DNA of 64,000 bases from Bacteroidia bacterium (GCA_030431525.1 JAUIJC010000014.1:5330-69329); one strand, 5' to 3'; shown: positions 47,101 through 55,622, counted from the first letter of the stretch. The notes: generated from the sequence alone by a model not told the origin. A program made the numbers and translations.

Positions 47101-47447
47101 ACACCGCTTACATTTATTTTGATTACAACCCTGCGGTGGTAACTAATACCACATCGAACACTTTGGTAGAGGACTTATCCAGCTACGATTGTAAGGCTTT
47201 GGGCTTTGAGCCGTTGGTCGAAAAGGAACACTATGTTTACCCTAACCCAAGCACTGGAGTTCTGAATGTGAAGGTAGAGGGAGTGCAGAAAATTGAGGTC
47301 CTTAACTTAAGCGGTCAGCATTTGTATTCTAAGGATGTTGTTGGGCAGGAGGAGATCCAAATCAATTTGGAAAGTGAGCACGGCATTTATTTAGTGAAGA
47401 TGCACCGAGCTGACAGTGTGATTGTTGAAAAAGTGCTGATTGATTAA
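44139..47447 (+). CDS. T9SS type A cargo: beta-propeller (two-component regulator propeller-like) repeats, SYDPNDK-type Ig domain, CTD
   Basis: Signal peptide ..ARAQ; repeated D..G.LWIG(S/T)..GL..(F/Y)DG..W..NS.L; CSYDPNDKLV..YTIRFQNTGNDTA..SHGFVRY..NTAYIYFDYNPAVVTN; CTD VYPNPSTG..NLSGQ..GIYLVK..KVLI. Confidence 0.9.
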   Translation: MRKYLILLGLVLGVLGARAQEAQWSILMQNIQANYYDAPCESDSSWTIGGKRYSCKEDYIREEFVNIPLSGVVEGKFCFENDDLSVISGPYFLNKLSQREGTLLYYDNMGLPDMGFQMFNDLVPDSNNGLWIGSDVYGLIHYKGEHQISTYGKGNSELKSDNVKSLLSDSLGGLWVGTDANELVNFYQGSWKSFTINAPASDIVEGNDGDIWISTQGDGVQLLKNGDFTDFNKSNSNLLTDSIQFMAGDRNGGVWCWHEGAGLSHFDGDSWEVLTLENSSLPTNSISDLIVDAQGVLWISLADDGVARYNGTDWMVFKGAAFLSPNFSTRPQLFYLTREGVLYASSYEGLLLWDGLSWKSKYLGGSGISVGPKAPIMSTGVVDLDGSVWVGGEQGVSRRSLDGTWDYFTTDNSGIPDNIIAEVAIDSKGNVWCGAHSSDGVSKFDGQNWELFSPQNSGFTQGSVGEMVIDRDDNVWIISSSSLFKYDGVSWVEYNESNSGYIKYYYRSLDIDTAGCLWMLYGNGLVKYDGVLWDTLTPSNSMMPSYDYLDLKIDNQNQFWLGTKENGLVRFNGQDWEVFDTLNSNLISNHVDHFVLDNQNLWMSHEWNGIQALTKIDGKDFISDSVGHYRHMFVNPISSLNPFLIDTEGRVWCEDGYVRLVIFNNGAPAISPKKLHISGSIDSPVPQDVLLLPDSVFVQTSGSYSFPVDTGKTYTVKCLPKTSWELVKDTTYQVKLGDNSVTGLDFVVRSTAPQPAMKTVLSAGINRCSLTVPFWLNYRNQSDEEMSGQVELVLDSNVTYARSSKSLSAQTDKILTWDYSGLQPNEERQIQVWLEMPDFNQMGEDFLYVAKVSDGNGNAFADTLSATLRCSYDPNDKLVTPAGVCEGNYVEKDDWIDYTIRFQNTGNDTAFKVLLLDTLSASFDLETFEVIASSHTLETSFGTSGEVRFLFEDILLPDSTTNESESHGFVRYRIKPKALVADKSVVKNTAYIYFDYNPAVVTNTTSNTLVEDLSSYDCKALGFEPLVEKEHYVYPNPSTGVLNVKVEGVQKIEVLNLSGQHLYSKDVVGQEEIQINLESEHGIYLVKMHRADSVIVEKVLID

Positions 47448-47463
47448 CTGAAATTATACCCAT

Positions 47464-47503
47464 AAAAAATGCCCTGCTAAGCATCCTTAGCAGGGCATTT
47501 TTT
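47464..47503. terminator. Bidirectional terminator between convergent genes
   Basis: aaaaaatgccctgctaag-catc-cttagcagggcatttttt. Confidence 0.85.
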
Positions 47504-47512
47504 GAATTATAA

Positions 47513-48376
47513 TCACCCCAAACAAAGCGCCTTCAAGCTCTTTGGGTGATTCCTCACTACCAATTTTTCAGCGCCAATCTCAGGCTCGCCGTCAATGTGG
47601 ATTGGAATTTTGGCAGGGTTATCAACCTCGATTTCTGAGACCGACTCAAAGTGATGGTAACGGGAGTTGTGGATGGTACCTCGGAAGAGTTTTGGGGCGA
47701 GGGAAAGTCCTGCCCAAAAGGAAAAGGGCTTAAGGGTACAGACCTCTAATTTCCCGTCAGAGATGTCGGAAAGGGGGGAAATCAAGGCGTTGTTGCCAAA
47801 CTGTTTGGCGTTGGCAAAGGTGATGGAGAACACCTCTACGGTTTCCGATTTTTCAGTTGTCCGAAGGGTGAATTTTTGTGGATGGAAATTGAGGAATTCG
47901 CGGAGTCCGCAACGGACATAGGTGGCCAAACCGCGTGAACCCGCATTGGCGAAGGCATGGCCTACAATGGCGTCAAATCCTACGCCAGCCGTGCAAAAGA
48001 ATGGCTTTCCGTTAAGCGAACAAGTATCAATGGTCTTGGCTTTGGCCGTCTTCAAAAAGCCAATGGCTTTCTCCAGTTTGAGCGGGATGTTCAAGTCTCT
48101 GGCCAGTCCATTGCCTGAGCCCATTGGGATAATGCCGAGGGCGGTATTGCTGTTCAATAGTCCCGTCGCCACCTCGTTCACGGTGCCATCGCCACCCACA
48201 GCAATGACTTTATCAACCCCGTTTTCCACCGCCTGTTGAGCGATTTCCGTGGCGTGACCCGCGCGTTCCGTGTACTTGATTTCAAAAGGGAACTCCTTGC
48301 CCAAAATGCCTTCAATCAGGCTTGGGATGTCCTTTTTGCTTCGGGTGCCAGCGATGGGGTTGATGATGAATAGCAT
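47513..48376 (-). CDS. Diacylglycerol kinase family lipid kinase (YegS/BmrU-like)
   Basis: IINPIAG, AVGGDGTVNEV, PMGSGNGLAR, AGVGFDA, ANAKQFG, HIDGE. Confidence 0.93.
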   Translation of the reverse strand: MLFIINPIAGTRSKKDIPSLIEGILGKEFPFEIKYTERAGHATEIAQQAVENGVDKVIAVGGDGTVNEVATGLLNSNTALGIIPMGSGNGLARDLNIPLKLEKAIGFLKTAKAKTIDTCSLNGKPFFCTAGVGFDAIVGHAFANAGSRGLATYVRCGLREFLNFHPQKFTLRTTEKSETVEVFSITFANAKQFGNNALISPLSDISDGKLEVCTLKPFSFWAGLSLAPKLFRGTIHNSRYHHFESVSEIEVDNPAKIPIHIDGEPEIGAEKLVVRNHPKSLKALCLG

Positions 48377-48379
48377 AGG

Positions 48380-48467
48380 GGTGCAGTGTTATAGTGTTGC
48401 AGTGTTGGGGTGTTGAAGTGTTATCTGTGCAAATTTCAACACCTTAACACTCCAGCACTTCAACACT
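48380..48467. repeat. Inverted pair of degenerate 8-bp tandem arrays (gtgttnna / tnnaacac)
   Basis: gtgttata gtgttgca gtgttggg gtgttgaa gtgtt ... caacac cttaacac tccagcac ttcaacac. Confidence 0.7.
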
Positions 48468-48472
48468 ATTTT

Positions 48473-48817
48473 TTAGCCCTCTCCGTTTTCCTTGCGCTCC
48501 TCCTCAATGTGCTTGACGAGTTCTTGGCAAAGCTGGTGGATTTTTTCGGACATCACGCCGTCGTTGGTGGCGTTCTTGATGGTGTCGCCGAGGCCACCGA
48601 TGGCGTTCACGGTGAAGCGCTTCATCTCATCGATGCTCATTTCCTTGGTCCAAAGGTCCATGCGCAAAGTGTTTTGCTGTTCATGGTCCCAGATGGAGAG
48701 CAATACGGCTTTGGTTTCTTCCTGTCCTGCTGTTGGCTTTTCGGTAGCGTCCCAATGGATTTTGTCGATGCCTTCGTCGCCGAGCTGGATGTTGAGTTTG
48801 ATTTCTGAGTTGCGCAT
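48473..48817 (-). CDS. gldC: Gliding motility protein GldC
   Basis: SEIK..I.L, I.WDA, KAVLLSIWD...NTLRMDLWTKEM.IDEMK.F, ATND. Confidence 0.9.
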   Translation of the reverse strand: MRNSEIKLNIQLGDEGIDKIHWDATEKPTAGQEETKAVLLSIWDHEQQNTLRMDLWTKEMSIDEMKRFTVNAIGGLGDTIKNATNDGVMSEKIHQLCQELVKHIEEERKENGEG

Positions 48818-48830
48818 GGTTTTTCGTTTG

Positions 48831-48988
48831 AGTAGTGAGTACTAAGTACGGAGTACAGAGTCCTCACAAAACTGGCGCAAGCGTCTGCTTGTGCCCAATA
48901 TTTTTAAACCTCAATGAAGAGGCTGGTTGTTGGCACAAGCGGACGCTTGCGCCAGAAGTAGTGCTCCGTACTTTATTCAGTACTTCTC
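48831..48988. repeat. 7-bp tandem arms (agtacnn) enclosing an inverted REP-like pair
   Basis: agtagtg agtacta agtacgg agtacag ... ctggcgcaagcgtctgcttgtgcc / ggcacaagcggacgcttgcgccag (48872-48955) ... gtgctccgtact..cagtact. Confidence 0.65.
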
Positions 48989-49914
48989 ACCAATATTTTC
49001 AAAGCCTCCACTTTGTCATTGTGGAGTTGTTCAATCAATGCTTCCAAAGAGGGAAATTTCTGTTCGTTGCGAATCCTTCCGATAAAGGCCACGGTGATTT
49101 CCTCGTCGTAGAGTTTTTCACGGCAGTCGAACAGGTGGGCCTCAATGCTGATATGCTTCTCGTTGTCCACGGTTGGGCGCATGCCGATGTTGAGCATTCC
49201 GCCGTAAGGCTTCTTTCCGATAAGCGCTTGGATGGCGTACACGCCAATGGCTGGAACCAGCTTTTCAGAGATTTCAGGCTGAATATTGGCCGTCGGGAAA
49301 CCGATGGTTCGCCCGAGTTGCTTGCCTTTTACCACCGTTCCTGAAAGGCTGTATGGCCGTCCCAGATACTTGGTGGCCTGTTCCACCTGACCCTCTTCCA
49401 GCGCCTTTCGGATTTTGGTGGAGCTGATGCCTACGTTATCCACATCATGGCGTGGAATCTCCTCAATGGCAAAAGGGAAAAGGTCTTGGTTGGCTTTGAG
49501 GTAATCAAATCCACCCTCGCGGTTGCGTCCAAAACGGTGGTCGTAGCCAATCACCAGTTTGTGGGTATGCAGGCCATCCACGATGACCTCCTGAATAAAC
49601 TCTTGAGAGGTTTTCTTGGAGAACTCCTTGGTGAAGGGAAGGATGACCAAATGGTCAATGCCGTATGCTTTTAACAATTGAATTTTCTCCTGCAAGGTGG
49701 ACAACAGCTTGAGCTCACAGGCGTCGCCTTGCAACACAAAGCGGGGGTGAGGCCAAAAGCTGAGCACAACGGTTTCCCCATCGCATGCTTTTGCGATTTC
49801 CTTGAGGCGATCAAGGATGGTCACGTGGCCGAGGTGAACACCGTCGAAGGTGCCACTGGTCACGACCGGACGTTGGATGGATGGGATGGATGCTAAACCG
49901 TGGTGGACTTGCAT
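48973..49914 (-). CDS. ribF: Bifunctional riboflavin kinase / FAD synthetase
   Basis: GTFDGVHLGH, GYDHRFG, ISSTKIR, GRTIGFPTAN, NIGMRPTV, IEAHLFD, RIRNEQKF. Confidence 0.97.
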   Translation of the reverse strand: MQVHHGLASIPSIQRPVVTSGTFDGVHLGHVTILDRLKEIAKACDGETVVLSFWPHPRFVLQGDACELKLLSTLQEKIQLLKAYGIDHLVILPFTKEFSKKTSQEFIQEVIVDGLHTHKLVIGYDHRFGRNREGGFDYLKANQDLFPFAIEEIPRHDVDNVGISSTKIRKALEEGQVEQATKYLGRPYSLSGTVVKGKQLGRTIGFPTANIQPEISEKLVPAIGVYAIQALIGKKPYGGMLNIGMRPTVDNEKHISIEAHLFDCREKLYDEEITVAFIGRIRNEQKFPSLEALIEQLHNDKVEALKILVRSTE

Positions 49915-49918
49915 GGCG

Positions 49919-49926
49919 CAAAGTTA
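49919..49926 (-). promoter_or_regulatory. -7 element TAACTTTG only 4 nt upstream of the ribF ATG
   Basis: Minus strand reads TAACTTTG-CGCC-ATG. Confidence 0.55.
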
Positions 49927-49951
49927 GTCAACAAGTGTCAAAAGCATAATG

Positions 49952-50086
49952 GTAGGGGCAGACCTCAACGCGGTTGCACTAAAAACGTTCGAAAACGTTC
50001 GAAAACGTCGGGTGTAAAACCCGACGCTACGGAGACAGCCTATGCGAACTACACGCTGTCACTAACGGTAGGTTTCATACCTACCG
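49952..50086. repeat. Composite repeat cluster between truB and ribF
   Basis: Half REP gtaggggcagacct (49952), tandem aaaacgttcg about x2.5, palindrome cgtcgggt-gtaaa-acccgacg (50006-50026), and ctgtc..cggtaggtttcatacctaccg (50056-50086). Confidence 0.65.
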
Positions 50087-50096
50087 TACCCAACGA

Positions 50097-50792
50097 TTAT
50101 TGCTCAACCTTTTCTTGCTGTTGCTCCTTGATGGTTTCCACGAATTTAGGGAGCTCCCAAGCGTCCTCCAGCTTGAACTCCCCGATGCGGGTACGCACCA
50201 GTTTGGACATGTAGGCGCCAGAGTCCAAGGCCTTACCGAAGTCACGCACCAAACTACGAATGTAGGTGCCCTTGGAGCACACTACTCGGAACTCCACACG
50301 CGGGAAGTCGATATTGGTGATTTCAAACTCGGAGATGGTGATGTCGCGAGGCTTGATTTCAACCTCCTTGCCTTTACGCGCCACCTTGTACATGCGTTGG
50401 CCGTCCACCTTGATGGCCGAGTGCATAGGCGGGACTTGGGAAACAAGTCCTGTGAATTTCTCGGTGGTTGCGTGGATCATCTCCTCGGTGATGTGGGAGA
50501 CTTCAAAAGTGGCATCCACTTCGGTTTCCATATCGATGGAAGGGCGGGTTTCGCCCAACACCAACTCACCTGTATATTCCTTTTCTTGGGCCTGATAACC
50601 CTCGATGGATTTCGTCTTTTTGCCGGTGCAGAGAATCAAAAGGCCTGTGGCCAAAGGATCCAAGGTGCCAGCGTGCCCCACTTTTTTCACCCGAACGGTG
50701 TTTCGTACCTTCTTGACCACGTCAAAGGAGGTCCATTCCAACGGCTTATCAAACAACAAAACTTCTCCTTCGGCGAAATTATAGTCTTTCAT
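50097..50792 (-). CDS. truB: tRNA pseudouridine(55) synthase
   Basis: DKPLEWTSFDVV, KVGHAGTLDPLATGLL, QVPPMHSAIKVDG, CSKGTYIRSL, RTRIG. Confidence 0.97.
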   Translation of the reverse strand: MKDYNFAEGEVLLFDKPLEWTSFDVVKKVRNTVRVKKVGHAGTLDPLATGLLILCTGKKTKSIEGYQAQEKEYTGELVLGETRPSIDMETEVDATFEVSHITEEMIHATTEKFTGLVSQVPPMHSAIKVDGQRMYKVARKGKEVEIKPRDITISEFEITNIDFPRVEFRVVCSKGTYIRSLVRDFGKALDSGAYMSKLVRTRIGEFKLEDAWELPKFVETIKEQQQEKVEQ

Positions 50793-50912
50793 GGGTAGTG
50801 GGCTAAAGCGTCAAAACGTCTGATGATGGGCCGAGTGCCTCAAAACGACGTTTTTGTGGGTAACAGCAAACAACGGAAAATCGCTCGCGCCACATCCAGT
50901 TTTTTGCAGGCG

Positions 50913-50920
50913 CAAAAATA
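50913..50920 (-). promoter_or_regulatory. -7 element TATTTTTG for truB
   Basis: caaaaata on the + strand, about 120 nt upstream of the truB start. Confidence 0.45.
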
Positions 50921-51107
50921 CGATGATTGGCTGTAAGCTGAAAGGGGAGAGGGGGACTCAGGGGTTTTTAACCACGGAGGTTGGGAGAAAGGGAGCGGGA
51001 CGGAAAAGCTCAGGTTTGCCTACCCACACATATCATAATAGACCCAATAAAGTTTTAAATTGGTATCTAGAATGTCAAAATTAATATGGTAGGAATTAAT
51101 AGATAAT

Positions 51108-51527
51108 ATGAAGTGCACGAATTGTAAAACAACTTTTGAGTTATCAAATTTTCAAAAGAATCTTTTAGAGCAAATGAGGGAGTGTAATTCTCAAATGGCA
51201 ATGTTGGAATGTCCAAATTGTGGTTTTGGATTTGGAGTTAACCCTTTTACTGAACAGGAAGATGAATTAAAGGAGATTAAAGTGTTTTTAAGGTCTCCTA
51301 TTAGTGGGAGTCATGGTGTAGTTGTGAGTTTAGGTAATGGGAAATTTGGAGATGGAGAAAGCGGTGTCTTTTGGGAGAATAAAGAAGAGTTATATCAAGA
51401 TATTCTTAAAATCAGAAAAATGTGTTCTCATCGAAAAGGGCTTTATGTCAAGAAAGGAGAAGATTGGGTGCCTGTGGATGTTGAACCCGATAATATTGAT
51501 AATTTAATTGATAATGAAGATATATAA
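51108..51527 (+). CDS. Hypothetical protein with an N-terminal CxxC...CxxC zinc-ribbon
   Basis: CTNC and CPNC; strongly AT-rich. Confidence 0.75.
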   Translation: MKCTNCKTTFELSNFQKNLLEQMRECNSQMAMLECPNCGFGFGVNPFTEQEDELKEIKVFLRSPISGSHGVVVSLGNGKFGDGESGVFWENKEELYQDILKIRKMCSHRKGLYVKKGEDWVPVDVEPDNIDNLIDNEDI

Positions 51528-51546
51528 AATAGCCTAAGTTTCAATT

Positions 51547-51981
51547 ATGGATGTTTCTTTAGAATTCAAAAAAGTTAACAGCTACATAGAAGAAGGAGAG
51601 TATGAGTTAGCCTTTTCTGTTTTAGAGGAAATTATCAGCAATAATTCAAGTTCTAATAAACAAATAGCTGAGGCTTTTAATTTAAAGGGTGTGATTGTGT
51701 CAGGATTTGCGCCATACTTAGGGTCAGGTGATGAGACTGGTATAAGTTTCTACAAAAGATCTATTAAGTATGATGAAAAGTGTGTTGGGGCTTTACTTAA
51801 TATTGTTAGTGGATATTCATCAGATGAATATTGTGATTCTTCAATGCATTCAGATAGAGTAATGTATGTTGAAGCGTTTAATCTACTGAGTAGTTTGCCA
51901 AATGATGCTGTAAGTAACGATCAAAAAGAATTTTTAAATAAAGAAAAAACGCGATTTTATGAAGAAATAAAGAAATCATGA
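51547..51981 (+). CDS. Hypothetical TPR-like helical protein
   Basis: GEYELAF..LEEII, AEAFNLKG, FYKRSIKYD..ALLNI; strongly AT-rich. Confidence 0.7.
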   Translation: MDVSLEFKKVNSYIEEGEYELAFSVLEEIISNNSSSNKQIAEAFNLKGVIVSGFAPYLGSGDETGISFYKRSIKYDEKCVGALLNIVSGYSSDEYCDSSMHSDRVMYVEAFNLLSSLPNDAVSNDQKEFLNKEKTRFYEEIKKS

Positions 51982-52031
51982 GAATTATTCTATTGACTCT
52001 ATTTTCTGTATTGAGACCCTAAGTACTGAAC

Positions 52032-53279
52032 TCACTCCACAATCAATCCATACAACTCCTCCCAATAATCCTCCGCCATCATCTTTTTCCCCATCTTTTC
52101 AGCATTCGCCTTATAGGTCTTGTTGTTTACCAAATCCAAGAGTTTCGGTTCAAGGCTTTTGGTGGATAGCGCTCCGATTTTTGGGCCTTTTGGGCCAACC
52201 TGATGCTCCTCGATTAGCCCGTTCCACACAAACTGGTCAATGATGTGGGGGACAATCATGGAGGCGCAACCGTATTTGATGGCCATGTGCGTGGTGCCCG
52301 AACCGCCGTGGTGGATAACGCCATACATCTTTGGGAAAATCCATTCGTAGGGGATGTTCGATACAAAATGCAGGAGGTTTTTGTCGTATTGTTCAGGCTC
52401 GACCAATCCGCCTTCGGCCGTGTTGATAATGGCTGGGGTGTTGTTCCGTTGCAGGATGTCCAGTATGATGCGCGTCTTTTTCTCCGGTTCGGGATTGGTC
52501 ATGCTCCCGAAGGTGATAAAGATGAGCTTGGGATGGCGCTCCAAAAAGGATAACAGCTCAGGGCTTGGCGACCAGTTGATGGCGCGGTCACGTTCGTAAT
52601 AACCCAATACACGCTGATTCTTGGGCCAATAGTCGGGCTGTTCGAACAGCTGTGGCGAGATGGTGTAAACGACCTTATGTTCCTTGTGCGCCTTTTCGAT
52701 TTCCTTCTTGTTGATGTCCGTGATGCCGAGCCATTTCATGGAAGTCATGATGGTCTTGATCAATCCCCATGACCCGATTTTATAGGTCAGTTTGTTCAGC
52801 CATTCCCCGTAGTCGCTGTGGAAGGCCAGATGCGTGTGCCCCTTGACGTAATGCAAAAAGGGGACGGGGCTGAGGAATACCGTTTTTCCTGCATTTTTCA
52901 CCTCCCAAATCACGGGGTACATGGCCTTTCCGTTGTGGAGAATGCGGTCGGGTTTTTCCTCCTCAATGAACTGTTGTTGGAGCTCAATCAGTTTGCGGTT
53001 GGTCTTTTGTTGTAGGCGCCACAGCTTGGCGTAGAGCATGATTTTTTGCCAGCCAGTCACTCCGCCACCAAGCACCTTTTTGCCCAAGTCACTTTCCAGC
53101 ATCTCCAAGAATTCCGGCCCAAGAGAGACGAAGCGCATGTCTGTGTCCTCCACTAATTTCCTGAACTGCTCGGGGAACTGGCAGATGACCTCATGGCCTT
53201 TTTGCTTAAGCAATGCGCCGATGGCGATGAAGGGTTCCATGTCGCCACGGGAGCCGATGGAGGTGAGGAGGATTTTCAT
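52032..53279 (-). CDS. GT-B glycosyltransferase (sterol glucosyltransferase-like, GT1)
   Basis: SIGSRGDMEPF, FITFGSM, IPYEWIFP, IHHGGSGTT, VPHIIDQFVW. Confidence 0.9.
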   Translation of the reverse strand: MKILLTSIGSRGDMEPFIAIGALLKQKGHEVICQFPEQFRKLVEDTDMRFVSLGPEFLEMLESDLGKKVLGGGVTGWQKIMLYAKLWRLQQKTNRKLIELQQQFIEEEKPDRILHNGKAMYPVIWEVKNAGKTVFLSPVPFLHYVKGHTHLAFHSDYGEWLNKLTYKIGSWGLIKTIMTSMKWLGITDINKKEIEKAHKEHKVVYTISPQLFEQPDYWPKNQRVLGYYERDRAINWSPSPELLSFLERHPKLIFITFGSMTNPEPEKKTRIILDILQRNNTPAIINTAEGGLVEPEQYDKNLLHFVSNIPYEWIFPKMYGVIHHGGSGTTHMAIKYGCASMIVPHIIDQFVWNGLIEEHQVGPKGPKIGALSTKSLEPKLLDLVNNKTYKANAEKMGKKMMAEDYWEELYGLIVE

Positions 53280-53354
53280 GGGATGGTGTGAAGGATGGAC
53301 ATCAATTCACTAATAATGGTTCTTGTGGAAAATTTGAGGGTGGGATACAAAACA

Positions 53355-53375
53355 GGCTGTCCTTTGGAGACAGCC
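53355..53375 (-). terminator. Probable terminator after the DinB-like gene
   Basis: ggctgtc-ctttgga-gacagcc with aaaa on the left. Confidence 0.5.
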
Positions 53376-53377
53376 CA

Positions 53378-53824
53378 TCAACAATCCAACAACCGCCTGT
53401 GGTAATTGATTTGGCCCAAATGATAAGCCAAATGGGTGCTTAGGTGGACCAAGAAAAAGTAGGTGGAAGGGTTTTCTGGAAACATAGTGATTGGGAAATC
53501 GCTTTCAAGCTGGTCAGCGGTGATGTTATCGAGCGTGCCCTGAATGATGACCTCTGTTTTTTCGATCTCTGCAAGCAGTTCTGCTTTGGGGATATCTTTA
53601 GACGAAAACTCAAGTTCACGTTCCCTGATGTATCCTGTGTTTCCGAGTTGGGCGCCAATAAACCAGTTCAGGTTGCCGATAAGATGGAGGCAAAGGTTTC
53701 CCGCAGAATTGCTGATTTCCTTGTCCGTCTTCCAAAGGCTTGCTTCGGATTTATAGGCGTTAATTTCAGCTTTGAGTTTGTTTAAGTCCCTTTTAAAAAG
53801 GGACTTTAGCGTTTCCGTCAGCAT
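53378..53824 (-). CDS. DinB superfamily (DUF1572-like) protein
   Basis: NSAGNLCLHLIGNL, YIRERELEF, HLAYHLGQINYHRR. Confidence 0.88.
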   Translation of the reverse strand: MLTETLKSLFKRDLNKLKAEINAYKSEASLWKTDKEISNSAGNLCLHLIGNLNWFIGAQLGNTGYIRERELEFSSKDIPKAELLAEIEKTEVIIQGTLDNITADQLESDFPITMFPENPSTYFFLVHLSTHLAYHLGQINYHRRLLDC

Positions 53825-53856
53825 TTTTTGTGGTTAGCGTTTTAGGTGGTTGGGAA

Positions 53857-54303
53857 TCACATATACCTCAACTTAATCTCCACCTTTTTCCCTTCAGCAC
53901 CGCCAGCATTGAACTTGAAATCCTCAAACTTCGGCATGCTCATGCCCGAGTGGTAGTAGTTGGAGAAGCCGAAGCCTTCCTTTGGGAGCATGATGCCGTA
54001 GTCCATTTCTTGGTTTTCGTTCTCGTCGTCGAGCAGGGCGATGCCACATTCGCCGTTGGGCAGTTCAATTTTGACGGTCAATTTCCCATCCTTGACGGTG
54101 GCCTTGGAGTAGCTCTTTTTCATCAATGGTTTCTCGTCCTTAAAGCTCTGCTGGTTTCTGTACACGGCGAGGACAACCTTGCCGTCCTTATTCCGTAGGT
54201 CTTTGATGGTCACCTCCACGGTGCTTTTGTCAGAAAGGGGAGTGGCGCTGATGCCGATCAGGAGAAGCAATGCGCTTAGGGCGAAAACAATGGTCTTTTT
54301 CAT
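53857..54303 (-). CDS. DUF2141 family exported protein
   Basis: LRNKDGKV, GIALLDDENEN..MD, PKEGFGFSN, PKFEDFKF. Confidence 0.88.
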   Translation of the reverse strand: MKKTIVFALSALLLLIGISATPLSDKSTVEVTIKDLRNKDGKVVLAVYRNQQSFKDEKPLMKKSYSKATVKDGKLTVKIELPNGECGIALLDDENENQEMDYGIMLPKEGFGFSNYYHSGMSMPKFEDFKFNAGGAEGKKVEIKLRYM

Positions 54304-54330
54304 GGTGTTGGTGTTCTATTGAATTAGTGT

Positions 54331-54762
54331 TTACCACTCTCTGGTGGCGATAAGTTCTTCGATGTCCGCATTCTTAAATCCATAAGCGTGCGCAATGAAC
54401 TCAAAGTCAACGGCTAGACATTCTCGGGCACCTGTCTCAATTTCACTGCCATTTTCGTTGAAGTCGTCCTCGAGGTCATTGATTTTGTCCGTGGCAGAGT
54501 GGGTCAAAGCATAAAGCTCCTCCAAGCTTTGCGGATTTTTTTGCTCGATGTTTTGGCAGAGTTCTAAAAGGACGGCCTTGCATTTATCCACCAAAAAATC
54601 TGGGAAATAGGAGTCCTGATACATGGAGGATAGGAACTCATGGTTTTTGATGGTGTCGTTGTTGAGTGAGGATTGTGAGATCATTGGGCTTGTGTTCCTT
54701 TGACTGTTAGAGTGACATGCAGAGAGCATTATGGTTAGCAGGGCAATCGCAAGATATTTCAT
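54331..54762 (-). CDS. DUF5713-like lipoprotein
   Basis: Lipobox LSAC; FL..MYQDSYFPDFLVDK, LYALTH.AT..IN.L...F.ENGSEIET.ARE, EELIATREW. Confidence 0.8.
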   Translation of the reverse strand: MKYLAIALLTIMLSACHSNSQRNTSPMISQSSLNNDTIKNHEFLSSMYQDSYFPDFLVDKCKAVLLELCQNIEQKNPQSLEELYALTHSATDKINDLEDDFNENGSEIETGARECLAVDFEFIAHAYGFKNADIEELIATREW

Positions 54763-55622
54763 GAATTGATCTGAAGGGAGTGCTCTAATGTTGTATCTCT
54801 TTCTTTTGGGGAAAGGATGTAGTCGCACTTATTGAGGTCGGAGTGAATTCCAAATGACTCAATTTTTTCGATGTGTTCAAATTCACCTTGGGGTTTTACG
54901 ATTCTGAAAAAGGAATAATCACATTCGCTTAGGAGGTCTTGGATTAGGTCCTGTCTGCTTATCCTCTTGATGTTCTCAGCGTTATAGGCTGGAAGAATTT
55001 CAATGAGTACGAATGGTCTTTGCGATTTTAGATGTTGCTTTATGCCACTAAGGACTTCTACTTCAGCACCTTCAACATCGATTTTTATTACGCCAATGTT
55101 TGATGCTTTTTCAATAGAAATATCCTCAAACTTGAACACAGGAACGTTGATGGACTTTTTGATGCTTGTGGAACCTCGAAAATCCTCGATGATTGATGCA
55201 GAACTGTCATGCTCGTCATCAGAGAATAGGTTGAGGTTTAGTACAGAAGAGGAGTCACTGATGCCAACGGGGTAAATGGCGGTGTCTTGAAATGAATTGG
55301 CACTGACAAGGTTATTGATGTAGTTAACACAGGTTGGGTTGGGTTCAAATCCGATGTAGGGAATGGACTTATCCACAGCTTTAACCTTGAGTAAAGTCTG
55401 TCCCAAGTTTACTCCAATATCGAGGAAGGTGGTTTCAGGGCTTAGGAGTTTTGAGAGGATGAATTGCATCCAACTCTCACTGAGGTGTAAATAGTTGTTA
55501 ATGCCTGTTTCATTGATGATTGGAATGTGAAAAGGATGGTCGTTAATGGTCACTTTAGGGTAGATCGAAATTCTTTTAAGAATCCCAAACTTTCGGAGTC
55601 CTCGGATAAAAAGCTTCTTCAT
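54759..55622 (-). CDS. FkbM family SAM-dependent methyltransferase
   Basis: FLDIGVNLGQ, GFEPNP, IKIDVEGAEVEVLSG. Confidence 0.9.
   Translation of the reverse strand: MKKLFIRGLRKFGILKRISIYPKVTINDHPFHIPIINETGINNYLHLSESWMQFILSKLLSPETTFLDIGVNLGQTLLKVKAVDKSIPYIGFEPNPTCVNYINNLVSANSFQDTAIYPVGISDSSSVLNLNLFSDDEHDSSASIIEDFRGSTSIKKSINVPVFKFEDISIEKASNIGVIKIDVEGAEVEVLSGIKQHLKSQRPFVLIEILPAYNAENIKRISRQDLIQDLLSECDYSFFRIVKPQGEFEHIEKIESFGIHSDLNKCDYILSPKERDTTLEHSLQINS

Noticed and set aside
43982-47447. tRNA-Glu as the integration site of an island
   Set aside because: No integrase and no duplicated tRNA 3' end seen; the cccctacgg match near 56557 is part of a REP.
48473-48817. gldC without adjacent gldB
   Set aside because: Gene-order variation among gliding Bacteroidota is plausible and nothing suggests disruption.
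50854-51084. 76-aa ORF upstream of the AT-rich pair as a toxin remnant
   Set aside because: It spans the truB promoter region and the GC transition; no toxin motif is recognisable.
52032-55622. Glycosyltransferase, DinB, DUF2141, DUF5713 and FkbM genes as a biosynthetic cluster
   Set aside because: Co-oriented but functionally unrelated, with mixed composition and an internal terminator; no core biosynthetic enzyme.
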